Source: a virus. From it: a stretch of DNA of 64,000 nt. The position numbers were made by a program, and so were the translations under genes. Shown piece by piece: positions 35,499-44,736 of this stretch. A model generated the notes under the pieces. That model had not been told where the DNA came from. It saw nothing but the letters and a program-made list of their open reading frames with translations, and did not search any database. Positions within the stretch are counted from its first letter, which is position 1. Every line of letters starts with the position of its first letter. The stretch is from IMG/VR virus record IMGVR_UViG_3300043787_000133, positions 3,667 to 67,666 of that record, one strand, 5' to 3'.

Positions 35499-35720
35499 AT
35501 GGACCAGCTAGAGAAGACAGACGCCGCATCCGACGCGGCGATCCTCGAAGACGCCATCGAGGTGCTCCGGCTCAGGTTCGGGGTGCTCACCGCCGGGGAC
35601 CTGATCTCCGGCCTCACCGGGGCAGCCGCGAGCATCCGAGCCCGGGGCGGCATCATCCGCCCCGCCCAACCGCGCAACGCGACGCTGGAGCGGCAGCTAG
35701 ACGAGCCCTGGGAGGACTGA
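35499..35720 (+). CDS. hypothetical protein (leaderless)
   Basis: ORF after motif promoter. Confidence 0.65.
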   Translation: MDQLEKTDAASDAAILEDAIEVLRLRFGVLTAGDLISGLTGAAASIRARGGIIRPAQPRNATLERQLDEPWED

Positions 35721-35722
35721 CC

Positions 35723-36094
35723 GTGGACTCAGAGGGCGGCAGCGAGACCATCCTCGGCAGGGACGGGAAGCCCCGCGTGCTGTCCGAGCAGTGCTCCACC
35801 TGCATCGGCCGCCCCGGCAACCTCATGCAGCTCTACCCGGGGCGCGTCCGCGAGATGGTCCAGGGCGGGGTGAACGGCGGCGGCATCACCTGCCACCAGA
35901 CGCTCAGCTACGGGGAGTACCCGGAGTTCGGCGGGGCGGCCTGCCGCTGGTTCTACGACCACTACGGTCACCTGTGCGGCCTCTACCGGATCTACGGCCG
36001 CATCAGCGGCTTCACCGAGGTAGACCCGCCCGGGCAAGACGAAACCGACGAGGAGCCGGGTCACGGCTACCGGGAAGCAGGAGACTACTCATGA
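35723..36094 (+). CDS. Cys-rich hypothetical protein
   Basis: RBS GGAGG; CSTC...CHQT...CR.F. Confidence 0.7.
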   Translation: MDSEGGSETILGRDGKPRVLSEQCSTCIGRPGNLMQLYPGRVREMVQGGVNGGGITCHQTLSYGEYPEFGGAACRWFYDHYGHLCGLYRIYGRISGFTEVDPPGQDETDEEPGHGYREAGDYS

Positions 36095-36200
36095 GGCAGC
36101 TCAGGTCGCTGGATACCAGGGAGATCAAGGAGGCGACCGCCGCAGCGATGCGCGAACTCGGCCACGCCGAGGCGCACGAGCTGATCTGGCCGGTCGCCGA

Positions 36201-36476
36201 GTGAGCGCCAGGGCGAAGTGCCGGGACTCGGTCGAGGCGGTGTGGGAGGCCATCTCCTGCGCGATCGAGCGGCCGGCGACCGAGCGCCTCGAAGAGGCCA
36301 GCTTCGGCCGCTACAACCCGGAGGCCACCAAGGCTGAGGGCTGGCACTGGCACCTGAAGTTCGCCTCCAGGATCGACCAGGACGGGGAGGTCCTCGGCGA
36401 CACCATCGCCGACCGGGTGACCCTGATCCTGCGCGCCTGGGACGCCGACCGGCTCAAGTACGAGGGAGAGGCGTGA
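36201..36476 (+). CDS. hypothetical protein
   Basis: GTGA-coupled ORF. Confidence 0.6.
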   Translation: MSARAKCRDSVEAVWEAISCAIERPATERLEEASFGRYNPEATKAEGWHWHLKFASRIDQDGEVLGDTIADRVTLILRAWDADRLKYEGEA

Positions 36477-36634
36477 AGGTCCGCAAGCAGGACGTGCCTA
36501 TCACGACCGTCTACGAGATCGACTGCAAGGTCTGCGGGGAGGCCGTGTACCCGGACGACCGGGTGACCGACGCGGAAGAGGCCCGCCGGGTGAGGGACGG
36601 CCACATCGCCGAGCACGAGCGGGGAGAGCTGTGA
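36473..36634 (+). CDS. small C2H2-like zinc-finger protein
   Basis: CKVC...HIAEH; coupled both sides. Confidence 0.55.
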   Translation: MKVRKQDVPITTVYEIDCKVCGEAVYPDDRVTDAEEARRVRDGHIAEHERGEL

Positions 36635-37473
36635 GGCGCAGGGCGCTGCTCGGCTGCGAGATGTCGGGGCGCGTCGCCAACGAGTTCGCGAAGCTGGGCT
36701 GGGAGGCGGTCTCGGCCGACCTGCTGCCCAGCGAGATGCCCGACACCGACTACCGGACCATCAGCTCCGTGCTGAACGACGGCGACCTGATCGACGGCAA
36801 GCCGAGCGGCTCCTACCGGCACTACCAGGGGGACGTGCGCGACCTGTTCTCCTGGGACCACCCGGTGAACCTGCGGCGCGCCAGGGAGCGGGAGGCCGCC
36901 GCCCTGCCCCGGCTCCGGGAGCGGATGCCGCTGTGGGACCTGGCCGTGCTGTTCCCGCCGTGCACTCACCTGTCCCAGGCGGGCGCGGTGTGGTGGAAGC
37001 ACAAGGACGCCACCCGGGGCGGCGACGGCCGCATGCAGGAGGGCGCGGCCTTCTTCATGGAGATGGTAGCCGCGCCCGCGCCCCTGGTGGCGGTGGAGAA
37101 CCCGGTCGGCGTCATGTGCCGCAAGCCCGACCCGGGCAGCGGCAGGAACGTCGGGTACCGCGAGCCCGACCAGGTGGTCGAGCCCTGGTGGTTCGGCGAC
37201 CCGCTGCGCAAGAAGACCTGCCTGTGGCTGAAGGGCCTGCCGCTCCTCGTCGCCGACAGGCCGGTCGAGCCGCTGCCCGGCGGGCGCGTGGCGACCGGCG
37301 GGGGGTCGTGGCGCACCGACCAGCGGCACGGGCGCGGCGCGAACAACGGGCACGAGGACAGCGAGGGCCGCAAGATGCGCCAGGTCGTGCGCAACCGGAC
37401 GCTGCCCGGCCTCGCAAGAGCCATGGCATCCCAGTGGACTGTTTTCGTGGAAGCGAAGGAGGCGGCGGCTTGA
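36631..37473 (+). CDS. phage DNA cytosine methyltransferase-like protein
   Basis: CE.SG, S.DLLP, FPPC catalytic motif, ENP, KKTCLW, A.AMA.QW. Confidence 0.8.
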   Translation: MRRRALLGCEMSGRVANEFAKLGWEAVSADLLPSEMPDTDYRTISSVLNDGDLIDGKPSGSYRHYQGDVRDLFSWDHPVNLRRAREREAAALPRLRERMPLWDLAVLFPPCTHLSQAGAVWWKHKDATRGGDGRMQEGAAFFMEMVAAPAPLVAVENPVGVMCRKPDPGSGRNVGYREPDQVVEPWWFGDPLRKKTCLWLKGLPLLVADRPVEPLPGGRVATGGGSWRTDQRHGRGANNGHEDSEGRKMRQVVRNRTLPGLARAMASQWTVFVEAKEAAA

Positions 37474-37501
37474 AGATGACGGGCCTGGCGGGGAGCGGGC
37501 A

Positions 37502-37861
37502 GTGAGCGCCGTCCTGGACCTGGCAACTGACCTGGAACTGGTCGCGGGGCTGGAGGCCGCCCCGGATTACGTCCTGGCCTGGACGCCGCCGTGGGCGTAC
37601 GGGCGCATCCGGGACCGGCTGCGCCGTCCCGGGTTCTGGGAGCTTCTCACCTTCGAGGAGTACCAGGAGGGAGCCTGGGCTCCTGACGAGCGGACCACCG
37701 AGAGAGGCGCGGACTGCGGCCAGGCGGTCCTCGTAGCCTGGGCAGGCAGCCTCCTCGGCTACCCGGTTGCCCTGGAGCATGACGAGAGGTACCTGAAGAT
37801 TCCGGGCCTCTTCTCCCTCTGGGTCCAGGTGCCGCTCTACTGGGTCAGGAGGAACACGTGA
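37502..37861 (+). CDS. hypothetical protein
   Basis: ORF in operon. Confidence 0.6.
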   Translation: MSAVLDLATDLELVAGLEAAPDYVLAWTPPWAYGRIRDRLRRPGFWELLTFEEYQEGAWAPDERTTERGADCGQAVLVAWAGSLLGYPVALEHDERYLKIPGLFSLWVQVPLYWVRRNT

Positions 37862-38007
37862 GCAGGACGGTGCGGCTGATCGACGACAGCGACGAGGTGA
37901 CGGGGGAGTCGGCCTACTGCGGTGCCCCCGTGTCGGTGCAGGGCCGCACTACTCGTTACTACGTCTGCTCCGGCTGCGGCCGGGCGTGTGACGTAAAGGC
38001 TTCCTGA
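37858..38007 (+). CDS. small zinc-ribbon protein
   Basis: GTGA-coupled; CGA...YVCSGC...C. Confidence 0.5.
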   Translation: MSRTVRLIDDSDEVTGESAYCGAPVSVQGRTTRYYVCSGCGRACDVKAS

Positions 38008-38008
38008 A

Positions 38009-38025
38009 TACAGCTTTTCTTGCTA
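38009..38025 (+). promoter_or_regulatory. 17-bp phage motif in promoter
   Basis: TACAGCTTTTCTTGCTA, -10 TAAGCT. Confidence 0.8.
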
Positions 38026-38067
38026 AGCTACTGCTTAGCAGGGATCACCCGGCAGGAAGGGACCCAG

Positions 38068-38337
38068 ATGTCAGGCGGGAATGCGAAGGACTTCTCGTAC
38101 GGAGACATGCTCCGCGACAAGGAAGAGGTCAACGCGGCGAACATCCAGTACGAGGAGACCGGCCGCCAGTCCTACGACGACGACGAGACGAAGGCCGTCC
38201 AGGTTGCCGGCGCCCTCCGCAAGCAGGCGGCCAGGGCCAAGAACGGCGCGGTCGTCACGGTGAAGAACACCGGCAGCAGCCGCAGGCCCGACTGGACCGT
38301 GATCGTCGAGGTCCCGAAGCCGAAGGGCAAGAAGTAA
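38068..38337 (+). CDS. hypothetical protein
   Basis: RBS GGAAGG; strong GC3 bias. Confidence 0.7.
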   Translation: MSGGNAKDFSYGDMLRDKEEVNAANIQYEETGRQSYDDDETKAVQVAGALRKQAARAKNGAVVTVKNTGSSRRPDWTVIVEVPKPKGKK

Positions 38338-38368
38338 CCCCCGAGCAGCGCGATCACAGGAGGATGAA

Positions 38369-38629
38369 ATGGCACGATTCTACGGGACGGTGAGCGGCCG
38401 GCGCGGCGACCTCAAGACCGCGACCGACCCCGAGTACGTCGACCTCAACGGGTGGGACGCCGGGGTCACCGTCCGGGCGGCGGTCGTCGGGGACAAGAAG
38501 GACAACAGGGACGCCTTCGAGGTCTTCATGAACTACGGCAGCAACGCCCACGGCAACCCGGTGAAGATCGGCACGGTCTACCAGACGCCCGCCGGCCCGC
38601 AGTTCGAGCCGGCGGAGGACGTCGCCTAA
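38369..38629 (+). CDS. hypothetical protein (MARFYGTV.G.RG...GW..GV.V)
   Basis: RBS GGAGG. Confidence 0.75.
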   Translation: MARFYGTVSGRRGDLKTATDPEYVDLNGWDAGVTVRAAVVGDKKDNRDAFEVFMNYGSNAHGNPVKIGTVYQTPAGPQFEPAEDVA

Positions 38630-38641
38630 CCTCTTTGTCTT

Positions 38642-38658
38642 TATCAAGAAAAGCTGTA
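38642..38658 (-). promoter_or_regulatory. 17-bp phage motif, inverted, inside plus-strand promoter TTGTCT-16-TATCCT
   Basis: TATCAAGAAAAGCTGTA exact reverse complement. Confidence 0.85.
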
Positions 38659-38698
38659 TCCTAGGTGGACAAGGAAAACGAGCGCCCGGGAGGCACCG

Positions 38699-38938
38699 AT
38701 GACAGTCGCCAAGGTGATGGAGCTGAAGGCGAAGGAGTCCACGGCCGAGATCGAGGCCGGGGACGGGACGCTGGACATCCACCTGCCCCTCACCCTGGCC
38801 GGGTGGAACCTGGTCGAGATGATCACCGGCTACGGGCCGCGCCCGGTCGTGGTCACCTCAGCCGACGGGGGCAAGTTCATCGGCGAGGTCACCGGGGCCG
38901 ACGAGGCGCGGTACATCCTGACCGTGGAGCTGTCGTGA
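38699..38938 (+). CDS. hypothetical protein
   Basis: RBS GGAGG. Confidence 0.7.
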   Translation: MTVAKVMELKAKESTAEIEAGDGTLDIHLPLTLAGWNLVEMITGYGPRPVVVTSADGGKFIGEVTGADEARYILTVELS

Positions 38939-39183
38939 GCGGCGGAGACTCCTACCTCCCCCGGATTAACCTGAGCGCCCGGTCCGTCGATGCGATCTAC
39001 GCTGACGCCGGCCTCCCCGTCCGCGAGGTGCAGATCGTCATCCGGGAGGAAGACTGGGACGAGTTCCTCGCCATGGCGCACCTCGGGATGGAGATCCCGG
39101 TCAGGGTCGAGGGCGAGGACGACTACATCACGGCGGTCCTCGCCGAGGTGCACGACGGGCACTTCATCACGGTGGTGATCTGA
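38935..39183 (+). CDS. hypothetical protein
   Basis: GTGA-coupled, GC3-rich. Confidence 0.6.
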   Translation: MSGGDSYLPRINLSARSVDAIYADAGLPVREVQIVIREEDWDEFLAMAHLGMEIPVRVEGEDDYITAVLAEVHDGHFITVVI

Positions 39184-39184
39184 G

Positions 39185-39328
39185 GTGGAAGGCGAGTGCC
39201 CCCGGTGCCGGCAGCCGGGCGAGCCCGACGGGGAGGGCGGCTTCCGCCACGCCGAGTTCGCGGACGCCGTCGCCTGCGAGGCGATGTTCGGGGGCGGCAT
39301 GCTCCGCTCCCTGTTCGAGGAGGACTGA
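39185..39328 (+). CDS. small hypothetical protein
   Basis: CPRC...H...C. Confidence 0.4.
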   Translation: MEGECPRCRQPGEPDGEGGFRHAEFADAVACEAMFGGGMLRSLFEED

Positions 39329-39452
39329 CCAGTGAGGATATTCGGCCGGTCATCCGGCAGCTCGCCCAACAACAGCAGGCAGTACGAGCTTCGCTGCGAG
39401 GACGGCGACAGGTACCGCTACGAGCACGGCCGCCAGGACAGGAGATGACCTG

Positions 39453-39713
39453 ATGCCCTACCCGGCACCGCGCCGCAGCCGCGCCGAGCTGACCCTTAGC
39501 GCCGCGAACAACGTGATTACCGACCCGGACGACGAGGGCGCGCTGATGGTCCGCTACCTGAGCGTCGAGGGCCTGGAGGCGGTCCGAAACCGCGTCGCCT
39601 GGGTGCGGGTGACCCGCTGGAGCCTGGCCATGTGGCTGCGGTGCTTCCCCTTCCCCGACGACCTGAAGGCCGCCGTGGAGCAGGTCGCCGCCTACCTGGA
39701 CTACGGGAGCTGA
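39453..39713 (+). CDS. hypothetical protein
   Basis: RBS AGGAG. Confidence 0.6.
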   Translation: MPYPAPRRSRAELTLSAANNVITDPDDEGALMVRYLSVEGLEAVRNRVAWVRVTRWSLAMWLRCFPFPDDLKAAVEQVAAYLDYGS

Positions 39714-39714
39714 C

Positions 39715-40122
39715 ATGGGACGCAGGCACGAGGAGGGCGGCGGCTACGGCAGCGAGGACCGCAACCTGCTGCGCGTCGTCGCCGGGTACGAGGATTTCCC
39801 GCCCACCGGGAGCGACATCGCCCGGATGATGGGCATCAGCCGGCAGCGCACCACCGCACTGGCCAGCGTCCTGGTGCACGGCGGCCTGCTGTCGTGCGCC
39901 CGGGGCATGGCCGGGACCGCGACCTACTCGCTCACCGACGCCGGGCGCAGGGAGCTGGACGCCCACGTCGCCGCGTACCTGCTGGTGAAGGCGGACGACC
40001 GGCTGGCCGAGGACATCGCCTACTACACGGAGCGCAACGTCGGCGGCGTCCTGTCGGTCGAGGTCCACGGCCAGGGGTGCTGCTGCCAGCACTGCCCGCA
40101 CGGAGGGAACTGCCGTGACTGA
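39715..40122 (+). CDS. winged-HTH (MarR-like) protein
   Basis: SDIARMMGISRQ.......LV..GL...YSLTDAGR. Confidence 0.7.
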   Translation: MGRRHEEGGGYGSEDRNLLRVVAGYEDFPPTGSDIARMMGISRQRTTALASVLVHGGLLSCARGMAGTATYSLTDAGRRELDAHVAAYLLVKADDRLAEDIAYYTERNVGGVLSVEVHGQGCCCQHCPHGGNCRD

Positions 40123-40294
40123 CGAGGACGAGCTGTGCCAGGCGTGCCGCGCGGAGCCGGACTTCTCGATCGTGCCCGACGCGGGCGACGAGATCCTGGC
40201 GTGCGCCGCCCACCTGGCGGTGCTGGTCGCTTCGCTGTTCGACCAGCGGCTCGCCTCCGGGGAGCTGAAGGTCTACGACGTCAGGCACCGCTGA
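40115..40294 (+). CDS. small hypothetical protein
   Basis: CQAC...CAAH; RBS GGAGG. Confidence 0.5.
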   Translation: MTDEDELCQACRAEPDFSIVPDAGDEILACAAHLAVLVASLFDQRLASGELKVYDVRHR

Positions 40295-40692
40295 TGCCGC
40301 GCAAGGCGGGCGCCTGCTGGGCCGGCCCGGAGGAGGCCGTCTTCCAGGTGCACGGCACCGAGACGGGCGCGCCGCCCGCGCCGTCGTGCCGGCTTCACGC
40401 GGGGGACGCGGCGGAGGCGATGTTCAGGGCGGGCGCGGGGCTGGTGCTGGTCGCCCCGCTGGAGAACGGCCGGAAGCCGCCGAAGCGGGGCTTCCCGGCG
40501 CTCGACGAGGTCGTCGAGCAGGTGCGGCGCGCCGGCGCGCACTCGAATGACGCGGACGCGCTTGAGGCGATGGAACGGGAGCTGCACGTCGCAGTGCTTG
40601 CCGCCATCGCCGACGGCGCCCCGCAGGCAAGGGAGATGGCGGCAGCGGCCCTGCTGACGCTGAAGTACGGGCACGAGAGGACAAGACGGTGA
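40294..40692 (+). CDS. hypothetical protein
   Basis: TGATG-coupled. Confidence 0.55.
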   Translation: MPRKAGACWAGPEEAVFQVHGTETGAPPAPSCRLHAGDAAEAMFRAGAGLVLVAPLENGRKPPKRGFPALDEVVEQVRRAGAHSNDADALEAMERELHVAVLAAIADGAPQAREMAAAALLTLKYGHERTRR

Positions 40693-40901
40693 CACTGCTC
40701 ATATCAAACAAGGCGATCAGGTTCGGGAACCCGGACCCGCTGACGGCGGAAGAGGCTCTCGGCCAGCGGGCGTGGGGATCACTGTGCGGCTGGGGCACCG
40801 TGGAAAGCACCTTCCACGACGGGTTCTGCGAGGTGGCCGTCGTCAGGCTGGACGACGGCCTGACCGCCGTCCCGCCGCTGTCCGCTCTGGTGGAAGCGTG
40901 A
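40689..40901 (+). CDS. hypothetical protein
   Basis: GTGA-coupled. Confidence 0.55.
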   Translation: MTLLISNKAIRFGNPDPLTAEEALGQRAWGSLCGWGTVESTFHDGFCEVAVVRLDDGLTAVPPLSALVEA

Positions 40902-41179
40902 CCACGGCAGACGGCCTCGCGGAGGCAGCCCCGGAGGACGTGGTGCCGGTGTCGTTCCGGCTGAGCACCTACTGGAAGCTCGGCAAGGACCGTTACGGGC
41001 CCACCCACGTGGACAGCAAGCGGATCTCGCTGCCGGAGGTGCTCGGCCTGCTGTGGCCGCACCTGTCGGAGGAGGAGCTGGCGGTCTCCCAGGACGGCGC
41101 GGTGACGACGATCGTCATCGACTGGGCGAAGGTCCCCATGGAGATCCGCGACCCGTTCGCCTACGGCGTGAGGCGGTGA
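40898..41179 (+). CDS. hypothetical protein
   Basis: GTGA-coupled. Confidence 0.6.
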   Translation: MTTADGLAEAAPEDVVPVSFRLSTYWKLGKDRYGPTHVDSKRISLPEVLGLLWPHLSEEELAVSQDGAVTTIVIDWAKVPMEIRDPFAYGVRR

Positions 41180-41400
41180 GCGTGCCGGGCATCAGCGGCG
41201 TGGTGAACGGGGACGCCGGCGACCCGGAGGCGTACGGGTTCGCGCCCGGCGCGCGGGTGAGGGACGCCGAGACCGGCTTCACCGGCTGCGTGCTCGAACC
41301 CGGCGACGAGCACGCGCTGGTGCGCTTCCCGAACATCGGCGACCTGTGGGTGCCGTACGACGAGCTGCTCCCCGGCGACAAGATCATCGGGGAGTACTGA
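41176..41400 (+). CDS. small SH3/KOW-like beta protein
   Basis: PGARVRD..TG.TG.V.....ALVRF....LWV...EL. Confidence 0.55.
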   Translation: MSVPGISGVVNGDAGDPEAYGFAPGARVRDAETGFTGCVLEPGDEHALVRFPNIGDLWVPYDELLPGDKIIGEY

Positions 41401-41820
41401 ATGACAGGCGAGGAGAAGACGGCGCAGCCGGGGGCGTGGCGCGACCGCGCCGGGTTCCTGTGGCTGGAGTCGTCGCCGGGGAGGGTGTTCTGCTACGACG
41501 ACCCGGCCAGGCGGCGGATGGGCGAGCGCTGGCCGTCGCAGCCGCAGGCCGAGGCCGAGCGGGAGTTCGGCCCCCTCACGGCGCTGGAGCCGTCCGGGGC
41601 GCCGCAGGAGGACCGGGTCGTCTTCCTGTACGGCGGCGGCCACTCGGCCGAGGTGCCTCCGGCTCATCTTGCAGTGGCGGGGCGCGGGCCGGACGAGGAC
41701 AGCTTCGCGGAGGTGGTGCCGGGCTACGCGATAGCGCTGCTGTCGTACGGCTGGTACGTCGTCGAGGGCGGAGAGGCCCTGGAGGGCGTGTTCGTAGTAG
41801 TGCGGCGCACGGGCCGCTGA
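41401..41820 (+). CDS. hypothetical protein
   Basis: abutting ORF. Confidence 0.55.
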   Translation: MTGEEKTAQPGAWRDRAGFLWLESSPGRVFCYDDPARRRMGERWPSQPQAEAEREFGPLTALEPSGAPQEDRVVFLYGGGHSAEVPPAHLAVAGRGPDEDSFAEVVPGYAIALLSYGWYVVEGGEALEGVFVVVRRTGR

Positions 41821-41967
41821 GTGGTTACATGGCCGCGTGGGCACCAGCGAGGACACGCGGCCGTGCCGCTCGTGCGGTCACGAGCGGCGTCTGCACGATC
41901 ACTACACGTCATCGACTTACTGCTCCCGGTGCGACTGCGGCCGGTGGCGCGGAGAGCATAGCTGGAA

Positions 41968-41984
41968 TACAGGGTTTATTGCTA
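41968..41984 (+). promoter_or_regulatory. 17-bp phage motif variant in promoter
   Basis: TACAGGGTTTATTGCTA, -10 TATTCT. Confidence 0.65.
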
Positions 41985-42019
41985 TTCTCATACAGATCGA
42001 CACGCCAGAGGGAGACAGG

Positions 42020-42226
42020 GTGAAGCTCACGACGATCGCGCGGGCCTGGGCCGTGGAGCTGTGGCTCAACGCGCGGTACGAGCCGTGGAAGATCCTCCCG
42101 CACCCCTGCCGGCCGTACCGGGCCGCAGGAGACGGGTACCGCTGCGAGAGGTGCGGGTCAAGGTCCGCCCGGGTGCAGCGCAAGGGGCAGGCGCTCCGCG
42201 AGCGCCTGCGGAGGGAGCTGGCCTGA
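42020..42226 (+). CDS. small zinc-ribbon protein
   Basis: RBS GGGAG; H.C...CERCG. Confidence 0.5.
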   Translation: MKLTTIARAWAVELWLNARYEPWKILPHPCRPYRAAGDGYRCERCGSRSARVQRKGQALRERLRRELA

Positions 42227-42852
42227 TGGCCGAGGAAACCGATAACGAGACGAGCCCCGAGGTCCTGGCTGACATCCTCAGCCTCGCGACCGGGGTCATG
42301 ATCCCCGCCGCCGTGGTCGCCACCTGGACGAGCAACGAGCGCGCCGAGGCGGTCGAGTGGGCGCTCGCCGAGCACCTGCACGCCTCCGGCAACCAGGTGA
42401 AGCGGCTGCCGCAGCCGGACCTGGCGAAGCGGACCGTGGAGATCTGCGCGAGCCCCGCCATGGCGCAGCTCGCCGTCGAGAACTGGGTGAAGGCCAAGGA
42501 GCAGATCGAGCAGTCCAGGGCGAGCTGCGCCGGGGAGCTTCTCGAAGACACCGGGCCCCTCGTGGCCGCTGCCCAGGCCGCGATCACCGGGCTGCTGGTG
42601 CTGCTCAGCGGCAGCCAGCAGGACGAGGGAGAGCGCCCCGGGTGGCAGGACACGGCGATCGGGGCCATGTGGCGTCACCCGGCCGGGCTGCGGGCGGCGG
42701 ACCTCGCCGCGATGCTCGGCGGCCGGTGCCCGCCGCGCGAGGCACTGCACGCGTGGCTGGAGGAAGGCGAGCGGGAAGGGCTGCTCGCGCGTTCGGGGAT
42801 GACCGCGTGGAAGCTGGCGTGGACGAAGCGGGGGGAGGCGCACCCCGGGTGA
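42226..42852 (+). CDS. hypothetical protein, possible C-terminal wHTH
   Basis: TGATG-coupled. Confidence 0.65.
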   Translation: MAEETDNETSPEVLADILSLATGVMIPAAVVATWTSNERAEAVEWALAEHLHASGNQVKRLPQPDLAKRTVEICASPAMAQLAVENWVKAKEQIEQSRASCAGELLEDTGPLVAAAQAAITGLLVLLSGSQQDEGERPGWQDTAIGAMWRHPAGLRAADLAAMLGGRCPPREALHAWLEEGEREGLLARSGMTAWKLAWTKRGEAHPG

Positions 42853-43436
42853 AGGGCAGGGCGACGATGCGCCGGGGACTGACCGCCTGGTTCTCCGGGC
42901 TGTTCTTCGAGGTCGCCGGGTGGGCGTCACCGCCCGGCTGGGAGGCGGCGGTCTTCAGCGACGTCTCGGGGGTGCTCGTGCTCTGCGGCGTCATCACGAT
43001 GGGGGTCGTCGGCCTCTGGAACGGCATGACGCCTGCCGGGGAGGCGGAGACGGAAAACGCCGCCGCGTCCTGCCGGCGGGGACGGTGCGGGCACGGCCGC
43101 CCTGCGGGCGATGCCGCCGGGTTCATCACGGCGCTCCAGCGGGCTGTCGAAGCGGGAACGTACAGCGTCAACGGGCAGCGCTACACCGGGCTGCCACAGG
43201 TGGTGACGTACCGGGAAGAGGTCTTCTGCGAGGTGCGCGACGGAGTCCGGCTGTTCAGGGGAGCACGGGTGACCAAGCGGCGTATGCTCCCGTCCGGGTC
43301 TTCCGCCTTGTCCGCCGTTCCCCGCGTCTCGAAGAATAAGTGCGACGGGTGCGGGAGCCCGCTGGGCGTCGCCTGGTGCCCGCCGTCAACGCCTTATTTC
43401 TGCTTCAGGTGCCGACAGCGGGAAATCTTCCGGTAA
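42849..43436 (+). CDS. membrane protein with C-terminal CxxC...CxxC
   Basis: two hydrophobic segments; GTGA-coupled. Confidence 0.5.
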   Translation: MKGRATMRRGLTAWFSGLFFEVAGWASPPGWEAAVFSDVSGVLVLCGVITMGVVGLWNGMTPAGEAETENAAASCRRGRCGHGRPAGDAAGFITALQRAVEAGTYSVNGQRYTGLPQVVTYREEVFCEVRDGVRLFRGARVTKRRMLPSGSSALSAVPRVSKNKCDGCGSPLGVAWCPPSTPYFCFRCRQREIFR

Positions 43437-43505
43437 CCGCTCCGGAACCGCTGGCGCTTCTTCCCGTATTCGATAAGAACAAAAAGAAGATCTTCGGAGG
43501 ATAAA

Positions 43506-43778
43506 ATGACCCTGGCAGCCGTTGAGGACATCGAGGTGCCCGCCGGGCACGGGCTCATGAGCACCCTGGACCGATCAGGGGACGTCCGGCACATGTGGGA
43601 CAGCGGCAACGAGGACGAGGTGGAGGCGGCGCGTGCGCTGTTCAACCGCCTCACCAGGGACGGCGGCCACATCGCCTACAAGGCGGTCGGCAAGCGCGGC
43701 GCGCAGGGCGAGGTGATCCGCGAGTTCGACCCGGCCGCCGAGCGGATCATCCTGGTCAAGCAGCTCGTGGGCGGCTGA
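43506..43778 (+). CDS. small conserved protein ending in Gly-Gly
   Basis: RBS GGAGG; LD.SGD...WD...DEV.AAR..F...EFDP.AERII....LVGG. Confidence 0.8.
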   Translation: MTLAAVEDIEVPAGHGLMSTLDRSGDVRHMWDSGNEDEVEAARALFNRLTRDGGHIAYKAVGKRGAQGEVIREFDPAAERIILVKQLVGG

Positions 43779-43779
43779 C

Positions 43780-44598
43780 GTGCCCGCGTCACTGGCAGCG
43801 GTGGCGCAGCAGCTCGCGGCTCCGCCAGCGGGAACGCTGGCGGAGCTTGCTGCTGTCCAGCCGCAGAAGCGCGAGGCGTTCGACGCGGGCGCGTCCGGGT
43901 GGGTCACGTGGAACGCCGACTACACCACGGCGCTCTACACCGCCACGACTTCGAACACCGCCTACATCGAGCCGGCCTGGGGCTCGTGGAACATCACCTA
44001 CACCGTGACCAGCGGCAACACGCTGGTCTACGACGCGAACTCGAATGTCGCGATCCCGTCGGGCGGCTCGCTCACCGTCACCACGCCCCAGGGGTCGTAC
44101 TGGAACGAGCAGGCGCAGGAGACCGGGGACCAGCGCGCGGCACGCGAGGAGCGCGAGCAGCAGGTGCAGGCGGACTGGCAGCGGCGGTACGAAGAGCAGG
44201 AGCGCGAGCGGCAGGCGGTGCGGGACCGCGCCCTGGAGCTGCTGCGGTCGCTGCTCACCGACGGGCAGTGGGCCAGCTACCAGGAGAAAGGCTGGTTCGA
44301 GGTCAGGGGGAAGAGCGGCCGGCGCTGGCGCGTCCGCAACCGTGGCCAGTCCGGGAACATCGACCTGATGCCGGAGATCGGCGAGGAGCGCGACGCCACG
44401 TACTGCGCTCACCCGCCGGGCGACCTGCCCGACGCCGACGCGCACGCCGCGCAGATGCTGGCGCTGGTCACCGACGACGAGGCGTTCCTGCGGGTCGCCA
44501 ACCGGTACTGGAGACGTCCTCCGGGCGACGACCCCGGCGCCATCGCGCAGGAGCGCGTTCAAGCGCGCCGCGAGCCCTGGGTACAGGAGGCCGCCTAG
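43780..44598 (+). CDS. uncharacterised protein with coiled coil and C-terminal CxHP...D domain
   Basis: RA.ELL.SLL...Q...Y...GWF.V.G.SG...YCAHP...D..AQML.L..D...FL..AN. Confidence 0.75.
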   Translation: MPASLAAVAQQLAAPPAGTLAELAAVQPQKREAFDAGASGWVTWNADYTTALYTATTSNTAYIEPAWGSWNITYTVTSGNTLVYDANSNVAIPSGGSLTVTTPQGSYWNEQAQETGDQRAAREEREQQVQADWQRRYEEQERERQAVRDRALELLRSLLTDGQWASYQEKGWFEVRGKSGRRWRVRNRGQSGNIDLMPEIGEERDATYCAHPPGDLPDADAHAAQMLALVTDDEAFLRVANRYWRRPPGDDPGAIAQERVQARREPWVQEAA

Positions 44599-44621
44599 TT
44601 CGGGCAATTCCCGTTGTTCTT

Positions 44622-44638
44622 TATCAAGAAAGCCTGTA
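44622..44638 (-). promoter_or_regulatory. 17-bp phage motif, inverted, inside plus-strand promoter TTGTTC-17-TATTGT
   Basis: TATCAAGAAAGCCTGTA. Confidence 0.8.
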
Positions 44639-44736
44639 TTGTTGGGCCAGCTAGCACGACCGAGCCCAGGCAGCGCCTGGCAGCCCACGGGAGGGTCAGG
44701 CCTCCCGTGGGCACTCACGCAGAAGGCGGCCACCTG

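Noticed and set aside
40701-40718. Additional copy of the 17-bp motif (ATATCAAACAAGGCGATC)
   Set aside because: Too many mismatches and inside a coding region
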